Assembly: GCF_000195975.1 (NCBI RefSeq) | Contig: NC_005070.1 | Location: forward strand, 2,220,001-2,252,000 | Direction of reading: 5' to 3' | DNA from: Parasynechococcus marenigrum WH 8102 | GTDB taxonomy: Bacteria; Cyanobacteriota; Cyanobacteriia; PCC-6307; Cyanobiaceae | Length of the DNA stretch: 32,000 nt | Shown: in pieces, positions 19,440 to 26,428 of the stretch | How positions within the stretch are numbered: position 1 is the stretch's first letter | Layout of the letters: every line of letters begins with the position of its first letter | Program-made: the position numbers and the translations under genes | The notes under the pieces: model-generated | The model's database searches: none | Seen by the model: only the letters and a program-made list of their open reading frames with translations | Told to the model about the DNA's origin: nothing

Positions 19440-19674
19440 AAAGAAGCTCCCCCAGCGCCTCGCTCATCACCTCACGCTGCATCGGCATGCCATCACGGCA
19501 GGCATCAGGGGGCCAATCAATGGATCGCCAGTACCAGAGCGACTTGTGCTGCCAGCAACAGATCAATCGACGCTGTGTAGCCAACGCCAGAACTCGACGT
19601 ACGCCAAGAAGACGCTTCAAGCCGGTCTGAAAAGCCTGAACCTGAGGAATTTCAGCCAGGGACAGCGGACTCAA
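19432..19674 (-). CDS. 80-codon ORF overlapping the secretin ORF start, possibly a frameshifted 5' remnant
   Basis: TTG start and TAA stop, overlapping the secretin TTG by 8 nt at a T5 run. Its N-terminal LSLAEIPQVQAFQTGLKRLLGV loosely resembles the start of a secretin N0/STN-type domain. The rest is Trp/Cys-rich and does not look like protein. Support is weak. Confidence 0.25.
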   Translation of the reverse strand: MSPLSLAEIPQVQAFQTGLKRLLGVRRVLALATQRRLICCWQHKSLWYWRSIDWPPDACRDGMPMQREVMSEALGELLFE

Positions 19675-19925
19675 TCAGACACATTGTTTTGACCCAGGAT
19701 ATCCAGATCGTGGCAAGAAGACAAGACAAATTTTATAGGCAATACAGGCGACTCATTCACCTGGTTTTCATCAAAAAAATCTTTTAATCGCGATCAACAA
19801 TTAAATCACTCCATTCTTTGATTCTGAGTTAAAGAAGCATGGTGAAATCAAAAAACGATCATCAATTCCTGATGGACTCACTCCGCCAATCTTGAAGTAA
19901 GTCAATTGAATCTTTAACCACCGAA

Positions 19926-21116
19926 TCAGCCTTCCGCATCCTCTGAACCGGGCAGCCAAGGCAAGCCACTTCCCACCGCTTCAGCAATGCTGCGCAAGCC
20001 ATGGCGGTCCAACTGCAGCTGAAGCCCTTCAAGGATGCGTGGCACCAGCTCGGGACCCTGGAAAATCCAGCCGGTGTACAGCTGAATCAACGACGCTCCG
20101 GCGGTGATCCGCTCCCAGGCAATCTCTGCCGAATCAATGCCTCCAACACCGATCAGCGTCAAGGCCGGACCGGCGCTGGCCCGCAGCCGGCGAATCACCT
20201 CCAGCGCCCGTTGCCGCAAGGGCGCACCACTGAGACCACCAGCCTCCTCCGCCAAGGTGCGGCCGGTCTGCAACAGCCGACGCTGCTCCAACCCCAGGCG
20301 ATCCAGGCTGGTGTTCACCGCAATCACCCCCGCCAGCCCCTCCTCGAAGGCCAGCCGGGCAATGCCATCAATCGCCTCATCCTCAAGATCCGGTGCAATC
20401 TTCACCAGCAACGGCGGACAGGCCGGCAAGCGACGCAGCCGCTCCACCAGCCGCCGCAACTGGCTGGAATCCTGCAGATCCCGCAGCCCAGGGGTATTGG
20501 GAGAACTCACATTGATCACGGCGTAATCCGCCAGGGGAGCCAGCAGTTCCAGCGAGGAGGCGTAATCCTCAGGGGCCTGTTCCAACGCTGTGACCTTGGA
20601 TTTACCGACGTTGATTCCCAGGACAGCCGGGCGACGACCGGGGGGGGCCAGCCGTTGACGTTCCAGGGTTCTGCGCAACGCCTGGGCACCGTCGTTGTTG
20701 AACCCCATCCGATTGAGAGCGGCCTGTTCCTGAGCCAAGCGAAACAACCGCGGGCGGGGATTGCCGGGCTGACCATGCCAGGTGACCGTGCCCACCTCAG
20801 CAAAGCCAAAGCCAAAGCGATCCCACAGTCCAGCTGCCACCCCGTTCTTGTCGAAACCAGCCGCAAGACCCACAGGATTAGGGAAACGGCAACCGAACAA
20901 CACCTGCTCGAGCCGCAGATCACGGCGCTGCAGATCACCGGCCAAGCCCTCCAGCACCGTGGACACCAGAGGCCACTGGCGCCTGAGCGAGGCCTGTCCC
21001 AGAGCTGTCAGTGCTGTGCAGGACAACTGTTCAGCATCGAGCCCCTCGTCATTGGCGAGCACCGGCCCTAGCCAGCGCTGATAGAACGCGCCGCTGCTGA
21101 GAGGGGATGGCGGCAT
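19926..21116 (-). CDS. pyrD: dihydroorotate dehydrogenase (quinone), class 2
   Basis: ATG start. Matches are [54 protein letters not shown] and GVGGI.S...A.E.I.AGASL.QLYTG. Confidence 0.95.
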
Positions 21117-21125
21117 GGCGATCGC

Positions 21126-21872
21126 TCAGGACTGTTCTGATCCTGCCTCGCGACGCTGCAGGGTCCAGCGACCCTCCTTATCCGGGTGCACCCGCCAGTC
21201 CCGCCAGCTCCAGGACTCCCGACGCTGCTCCAGCTGCTTGAGCGGGAGTTCCACCAGCTGCGCCAGCTCCACCAGGCTGAGACTGAACCCTCCATCCGCC
21301 AACCGGTCCGCCAGCTCCAGGCGGTTCAGCAACTGCACCAGCGGTTGTGGTGCCGGATCAGCATCGACATCGACTGCCGCAACGTCGCTCTCAACGGCTG
21401 GCTGGCCGAGATCCAACGAACGCCCCTGGGAAAAAGCAACTGCGATCCGGTCGACACGGTCGTTGTCCGGATCACCGCTGTGACCTTTCACGTAGGCCAG
21501 CGGCACATCATCCAGCCGAGCTGCATCCAGGGCTTTCCAGAGATCCTGGTTGAGCACAGGCTTGCCAGCCGCTGTCTTCCAACCCTTGCGCTTCCAGCCC
21601 TTCATCCAGGAGCCGAGCCCATCGATCAGGTACTTGCTGTCGGTGCGAATCGTCAGATCGGGATGGCGTGGCAGTTGTTTCAGGCGCTGCAGCAACTCCA
21701 GCGCCGCCTGCAGTTCCATGCGGTTGTTGGTCGTTGCCGGGTCATGGCCGCCGAATTCCTCAACACTGCCATCTTCAAATCGCAGCAAAGCGCCCCAACC
21801 GCCTGGACCCGGGTTGCCACTGCAGGCTCCATCGGTGGCTGCAGCCACAACCCGACCACGTTCTTCAGCCAT
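21126..21872 (-). CDS. rnhA: ribonuclease HI with ~100-aa C-terminal extension
   Basis: Internal ATG (ORF residue 54) giving [54 protein letters not shown]...[17 protein letters not shown], which contains the RNase H DEDD catalytic residues. Residues 151-248 lie beyond the canonical domain. Confidence 0.88.
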   Translation of the reverse strand: MAEERGRVVAAATDGACSGNPGPGGWGALLRFEDGSVEEFGGHDPATTNNRMELQAALELLQRLKQLPRHPDLTIRTDSKYLIDGLGSWMKGWKRKGWKTAAGKPVLNQDLWKALDAARLDDVPLAYVKGHSGDPDNDRVDRIAVAFSQGRSLDLGQPAVESDVAAVDVDADPAPQPLVQLLNRLELADRLADGGFSLSLVELAQLVELPLKQLEQRRESWSWRDWRVHPDKEGRWTLQRREAGSEQS

Positions 21873-21913
21873 TGCTCCCCCTGCACTGGTTTCGGTACAA
21901 CGTGGTTTCTCGC

Positions 21914-22618
21914 ATGCCAATGATGGGGCGAACCTACCTCCGCAACCTGATCCTGGCCGCAGTTGTCGGGAGCGCAGCGGGATTGTTGCCTGCGGCTCGA
22001 TCCGCCCACGGCCTGTTCGACAGCAAAGCACTCCAGCAGAACCGCTTCGCGGTGCTGGCTCAGCCGGTGGGAGAGCGCAATTGGAAGCTGCTGGTGCTGG
22101 AGCAGATCAAGCAACGGCCCCGCTGCTGGACACCGCGGGCGGATGGTCTGGTGGATCCGACCCTCAACACGTTCAATTTTGCCGGAATCTGCAGCCGTTA
22201 CCTCGACAGCAATGGCTATTCCCTCCGCAGTGGAGGTGAAGACCTCGGCAGCCGCTTTCGGCTGAGCCTGAGGCAAAGCGGCAACAGCTTGCAGTTGCAG
22301 GCTTTGAACCCACGCCAGGGGGCCCCAATCGTGGTCGGCCGGGCAACGGTTCCCAGACGTGATCGCAACGGTTTCATTCAGATTCAGCTGGATCCAGCCT
22401 GGCGCCTGGAGCGGCGTGTCTACAAAGGCCGCACCCTGGGCCACGTTTATTTCTCTCACCCAGACCCCGTGAACCGGCTACTGGCCCGGGCGGAGAGAGC
22501 CGGCACCAGTGGTTTCAGCCGGCTGGGGGCCCCAACGGCACCCATGGCCCCACGCATCAATCAGCGCATCGCCAGCGGCGAGCCCATTCGGCTGGAGGTC
22601 CTTCCCTATCGACCCTGA
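21914..22618 (+). CDS. cyanobacterial DUF3747-family exported protein
   Basis: Internal ATG (ORF residue 83) giving [31 protein letters not shown], a signal peptide. It continues [38 protein letters not shown]...[19 protein letters not shown], which matches my recollection of DUF3747. Confidence 0.8.
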   Translation: MPMMGRTYLRNLILAAVVGSAAGLLPAARSAHGLFDSKALQQNRFAVLAQPVGERNWKLLVLEQIKQRPRCWTPRADGLVDPTLNTFNFAGICSRYLDSNGYSLRSGGEDLGSRFRLSLRQSGNSLQLQALNPRQGAPIVVGRATVPRRDRNGFIQIQLDPAWRLERRVYKGRTLGHVYFSHPDPVNRLLARAERAGTSGFSRLGAPTAPMAPRINQRIASGEPIRLEVLPYRP

Positions 22619-22699
22619 GGCCAGCGACTGTCACAGTGCCAGTTGACAGGCCGACCTGTTGAAGTTGGATATTCGTTTCCTCGCCATTAGTTTGTGAAT

Positions 22700-22798
22700 G
22701 TGTGAGGAGTGCTGAACGCCTCTTCAGGGTCGAAACAAGGACAGACTCCTGAACGTGTTCCACTTAAAAAAAACCCCTGCCTTCGGCGGGGGTTTTTT
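22700..22798 (+). ncRNA. candidate small RNA with a 5' anti-Yfr1 motif (Yfr2-family-like), ending at an intrinsic terminator
   Basis: GTGTGAGGAGT at 22700-22710 is the exact reverse complement of the Yfr1 core ACUCCUCACAC. Possible promoter: TTGGAT (22665-70), 17 nt spacer, TAGTTT (22688-93). Internal stems are CUGAA/UUCAG and AGGAGU/ACUCCU. The 3' end is the hairpin at 22774-22792 plus a T6 run. The 5' end is inferred only. Confidence 0.4.
22766..22798. terminator. bidirectional rho-independent terminator
   Basis: A8 run (22766-73), then hairpin CCCCTGCC/GGCGGGGG (22774-22792, 8 bp including one G-U, with a 3-nt loop), then T6 run (22793-98). The flanking A and T runs mean it can terminate transcripts from both strands. 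Confidence 0.8.
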
Positions 22799-22816
22799 AT
22801 TGAGCAAGTGTCCAAC

Positions 22817-22840
22817 AAAAAACCGGCCCCTGGGGACCGG
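22817..22840 (-). terminator. rho-independent terminator downstream of rplL
   Basis: On the minus strand there is a hairpin CCGGTCCCC/GGGGCCGG (22823-22840, one bulged A) followed by TTTTTT (complement of 22817-22822). It lies 53 nt after the rplL stop. Confidence 0.7.
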
Positions 22841-22892
22841 CTTGGTTTTGTGGAAGAGGTGAATCGGGCCGGTGAGACCAGCCCAAAAAGGA

Positions 22893-23288
22893 TCACTTGA
22901 GGGTGACCTTGCCGCCCACTTCTTCGATCTCTTTCTTGAGAGCTTCGGCTTCGTCCTTGGAGATGCCTTCCTTGATGGGCTTGGGAGCAGCTTCCACCAG
23001 AGCCTTGGCGTCGCCAAGACCCAGGCCGGTGGCGTTGCGCACAGCCTTGAGCACCTTGATCTTGGCTGCGGCGTCGAAGCTTTCGAGGATGACGTCGAAT
23101 TCGGTCTTTTCCTCGGCGACTTCACCACCACCGCCGCCGGCAGCAGCGCCAGGGGCAGCCATCACGACGCCGGCGGACGCGGCGGCGGACACACCGAAGG
23201 CTTCCTCGATCTGCTTGACCAGCTCGGAAGCTTCCAGCAGAGAGAGGGACTTCAGTGATTCGAGAATTTCGTCGGTTTTTGCAGACAT
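22893..23288 (-). CDS. rplL: 50S ribosomal protein L7/L12
   Basis: [33 protein letters not shown], an Ala/Gly hinge, then [24 protein letters not shown]...[19 protein letters not shown]. Confidence 0.98.
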   Translation of the reverse strand: MSAKTDEILESLKSLSLLEASELVKQIEEAFGVSAAASAGVVMAAPGAAAGGGGGEVAEEKTEFDVILESFDAAAKIKVLKAVRNATGLGLGDAKALVEAAPKPIKEGISKDEAEALKKEIEEVGGKVTLK

Positions 23289-23344
23289 GGTTGTGAATGA
23301 AGAAGCAACAGATCAGTGAAACCAGTGATGTCGGCAGAGAGCGC

Positions 23345-23872
23345 TCAGCTGTCGCCGCCTTCGGCGTGCTGCTTGAGCGCCCGCGCGAGACCGGAGGGAA
23401 CCTCGTTGATGCCCACAGCAACCTTGGTGGCCACAGCGTTGATCGCACCGGCGATCTGAGCCATGAGCTGCTCTTTGGAGGGGAGATCGGCAATGGCCTT
23501 GATCTCGTCCTGGGACAGCAGCTTGCCTTCGAAAAGGCCGCCTTTGGTTTCGGACTTCTTGGTCTCCTTCTGGAACGCCTGAACGGCCTTCACACCGGCA
23601 CCGACATCGCCCTTGATCAGGACGAAGGCATTGGTGCCTGTCAGAAGAGAGTCGAGATTCGACCAGGCGCTGTCACCATCAATGGCACGGCGCATCAAGG
23701 TGTTTTTGGTCACCTTGCACACCGCGTTACCAGCCCGCAGACGATCCCGCAGGTCGGACATTTCCTTGATGGAGAGGCCCTTGTAATCAAGAACCAGCGC
23801 TAGTTCGGACTCGGCGAGGAGCTCTTTGAGCTCTCCGACGATCTGCTGCTTGCTCTCCAGCGTGCGGCCCAT
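23345..23872 (-). CDS. rplJ: 50S ribosomal protein L10
   Basis: [19 protein letters not shown]...[17 protein letters not shown]...[11 protein letters not shown]. It sits immediately upstream of rplL. Confidence 0.97.
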
Positions 23873-24111
23873 AGGGATTGGATCGGATCGAGGGGGAACA
23901 AGCTGGACACACGGCCGATCGAGTCTTCAGAAGAAGACGAGGCCGCGTGTCGATCCAATCCCGAATGGGACAAAAATCATGTCGCGTCTGCCTCGGCAGG
24001 GATTACATCGACTGGCCCGTCAGGAACGGGCCAATTGAAATCCTGCTGTCTCAGGCCGGGCGCGTGCCCGGTTTGGCTTTCGCCAATGTGAAATTGTAGA
24101 GGATTGCCTGC
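23873..24111 (-). promoter_or_regulatory. rplJ (L10) leader, a structured 5' UTR and probable L10(L12)4 autoregulatory element
   Basis: A 239-nt spacer lies between rplA and rplJ in an otherwise tightly packed cluster. A perfect 12-bp inverted repeat (23874-23885 and 23951-23962) has its 3' arm ending 1 nt before the rplJ AUG. There is also a 7-bp hairpin GGCCCGT/ACGGGCC at 24014-24032. Confidence 0.6.
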
Positions 24112-24819
24112 TCAGCTCCCCTGCTCAATGTCCTGAAGTGCGGAGAAGTCCACCTCCACGGACGGGCCCATGGTGGACGTCACATACAGAGACTTCCAGT
24201 AGCGGCCCTTCGCACCGCTGGGCTTGTTGCGGTCGATGGTCTCCTGCAGGGTCTTGAGGTTCTGCAGCAGAGCTTCGGCAGTAAAGCTCGCCTTGCCGAA
24301 GCGGACGTGGACGATACCGGTGCGGTCAGCTCGGAATTCCAATTTGCCGGCCTTGAATTCCTGGATAGCTCCGGCCAGATCGATGGTCACCGTTCCGGCC
24401 TTAGGGTTCGGCATCAAGCCCCGGGGACCGAGGACACGACCCAGTTTCGCCACCTTGGGCATCATGTCCGGAGTGGCGATCAACAGGTCGAACTCCATCT
24501 CGCCTTTGGCGATGGTCTCCACCAGATCTTCATCACCGGCCAGTTCGGCACCGGCGGCCTTGGCTTCGGCAACCTTCTCACCACGGGTCACCACCGCGAT
24601 GCGAACGGTCTGGCCAGTTCCATTGGGCAGCGCCACGGTGGTGCGCAGCTGCTGGTCGGTGTACTTGGGGTCGATGCCGAGGCGCACGTGGGCCTCCATC
24701 GTTTCGTCGAACTTGGCGGTGGCGTTGTCCTTCACCAGGGCAATCGCCTCGAGGGGTTCGTAGACGCGATCCTCGATCTTGCTGGCAAGACCTGCCAGTC
24801 GCTTGGAGAGTTTGGGCAT
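24112..24819 (-). CDS. rplA: 50S ribosomal protein L1
   Basis: [11 protein letters not shown]...[31 protein letters not shown]...RIAV...GAELAG.EDL...I......[28 protein letters not shown]. Confidence 0.98.
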   Translation of the reverse strand: MPKLSKRLAGLASKIEDRVYEPLEAIALVKDNATAKFDETMEAHVRLGIDPKYTDQQLRTTVALPNGTGQTVRIAVVTRGEKVAEAKAAGAELAGDEDLVETIAKGEMEFDLLIATPDMMPKVAKLGRVLGPRGLMPNPKAGTVTIDLAGAIQEFKAGKLEFRADRTGIVHVRFGKASFTAEALLQNLKTLQETIDRNKPSGAKGRYWKSLYVTSTMGPSVEVDFSALQDIEQGS

Positions 24820-24890
24820 AACAGGAGTGGGGTACAGACGACATCAGCGATGTCTCCCCCGGTAAGGGTTGAAGAATGAGGCGGCGACGA

Positions 24891-25316
24891 TCAGTCGCTG
24901 ATGGACACGCCCATGTTTCGGGCGGTTCCTTCGATGATCCGCATCGCGGACTCAACGCTTGTGCAGTTGAGATCGGGAAGCTTGGTTTTGGCGATCTCCT
25001 CGAGCTGAGCTCGGTTGATCGATCCAACATTGCCCTTGGCGGACTCGCCGGAACCTTTCTCGATCTTGGCGGCCTTGGTGATCAACACCGACGCCGGGGG
25101 CGTCTTGGTGATGAAGGTGAAGCTGCGGTCTTCATAGACCGAGATCTCCACCGGAATCACAAAACCGGCCTTGTCCTGCGTCCGAGCGTTGTACTCCTTG
25201 CAGAACATCATGATGTTCACACCGTGCTGACCGAGGGCAGGGCCCACCGGCGGCGCGGGGTTGGCTTTGCCGGCCTGGAGGGCCAGCTTGATAACAGCGG
25301 TGACTTTCTTGGCCAT
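24891..25316 (-). CDS. rplK: 50S ribosomal protein L11
   Basis: [75 protein letters not shown]. Confidence 0.98.
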   Translation of the reverse strand: MAKKVTAVIKLALQAGKANPAPPVGPALGQHGVNIMMFCKEYNARTQDKAGFVIPVEISVYEDRSFTFITKTPPASVLITKAAKIEKGSGESAKGNVGSINRAQLEEIAKTKLPDLNCTSVESAMRIIEGTARNMGVSISD

Positions 25317-25423
25317 TGACGAACGGCTTTTGACTTCTGCGGATCACCAGGCCCGTAGGCAGGGTGGGGCAGGGTGAAAATCACCCCTCAGGCCGCCCTC
25401 CACAGGGAAGCGGCCGCCCGTTG

Positions 25424-26092
25424 TCAGTTCTGTTTGGAGATCTGAGAGAACTCCAGTTCCACCGGGGTCTCCCGACCAAAGATGGACAACAGGGCCTTGA
25501 GCTTGTTGCGTTCGCCAGAAACCTCGATCACCTCACCCTGGAAGTCCTTGAACGGCCCAGCAGTTACCAGGATCTGATCGCCTTCGGTGAGATCCACCTT
25601 GACGACGGTTTTCTTCTCGGCAGCACGTTTGAAGATCCGGTCCACCTCAGCGCGGCTGAGGGGGCGTGGCTTGATGTGGCCGCGAGCCTTACCGGCGGCG
25701 CGCCGGTCTTCCGCCCCAACGAAGTTGATCACGTTCGGTGTGCTGCGGACGGCCATCATCGTGTCCTCATCGAGCACCATCCGCACCAGCACATATCCGG
25801 GGAACACTTTCTCCTCGGTGGACTGACGAGAACCGTCCTTCTTCACCTTGACCGCAGGGGTCTGCGGAATCTCGATCTCGAGGATGCGTTTGCTCACCCC
25901 CAGGGTGATCGCCCGCTGCTCCAGGGTCGCCTTCACCTTTTTCTCGCAGCTGGAGGCCACCTGGACGGCGTACCAGCGGGCGATGGCCGTGTTGGCGGCC
26001 GGAACATCCGACAGCGTGCCCTCCTCACCCTCATTCGGGGCCGGCAGGTCGAGCACCTCGGCGGGGTCCGTTGTGGTCAGATCGTCGGGCAC
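25424..26092 (-). CDS. nusG: transcription termination/antitermination factor NusG
   Basis: WYAVQVASSCEKKVKATLEQR...FPGYVLVRM (NGN domain) and GDQILVTAGPFKDFQGEVIEV (KOW domain). The ORF's TTG at 26164 would overlap secE by 53 nt. I chose the GTG at 26092 (ORF residue 25), 19 nt after the secE stop. The start is uncertain. Confidence 0.9.
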   Translation of the reverse strand: MPDDLTTTDPAEVLDLPAPNEGEEGTLSDVPAANTAIARWYAVQVASSCEKKVKATLEQRAITLGVSKRILEIEIPQTPAVKVKKDGSRQSTEEKVFPGYVLVRMVLDEDTMMAVRSTPNVINFVGAEDRRAAGKARGHIKPRPLSRAEVDRIFKRAAEKKTVVKVDLTEGDQILVTAGPFKDFQGEVIEVSGERNKLKALLSIFGRETPVELEFSQISKQN

Positions 26093-26111
26093 GGCTGAAA
26101 AGGGGTGCGGA

Positions 26112-26354
26112 TCAGCGGAACACCTGGGATGACGCCCATCCGAAGAAGCGACTGACCGCGGCAATGCCGGCGGCCGACAAGCTCACCATCAGGATCACAG
26201 CGATCGATTCGCTGAACAGCTGCTGACGGCTGGGCCAGACCACAAGCTTGAGTTCGTCGACCGTGGCAGGCAGAAAACCGCGGGGTGCGGCAGGTTCTGC
26301 AGGCTTGGTGTCAGGACTCTTCTTAGAGGTGTCCTCGGAGATCGGGCTGGTCAC
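26112..26354 (-). CDS. secE: preprotein translocase subunit SecE
   Basis: FLPATVDELKLVVWPSRQQLFSESIAVILMVSLSAAGIAAVSRFF is the SecE TM and hinge region, and the position upstream of nusG is conserved. I chose the GTG at 26354 (VTSPISED..., 80 aa) over the TTG at 26402. The start is uncertain. Confidence 0.85.
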   Translation of the reverse strand: MTSPISEDTSKKSPDTKPAEPAAPRGFLPATVDELKLVVWPSRQQLFSESIAVILMVSLSAAGIAAVSRFFGWASSQVFR

Positions 26355-26428
26355 GGAAGGGGGACCGGGTGTTGACAAGGATGCCGGCAGGCACACTGCC
26401 AAACAAACACCCTACTGGATGCCCCTGT

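Noticed and set aside
20001-21071. 356-aa plus-strand ORF opposite pyrD
   Set aside because: pyrD motifs are unambiguous on the minus strand. The antisense ORF is Gln/Pro/Arg-rich with no recognisable domain.
21118-21125. HIP1-type palindrome GCGATCGC between pyrD and rnhA (another at about 28796)
   Set aside because: These are isolated copies only. There is no enrichment or array, so it is not informative as a repeat feature here.
22690-22730. Yfr1 itself encoded on the minus strand (ACTCCTCACAC read 5'->3' on the minus strand, preceded by a CUGAA/UUCAG stem-loop)
   Set aside because: As I recall it, Yfr1 has the motif followed directly by a terminator stem-loop with a U-run. On the minus strand no such hairpin or U-run follows. 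Two minus-strand terminators (22840-22817 and 22798-22766) also lie upstream and would block read-in. The plus-strand reading ends in a strong terminator and fits better.
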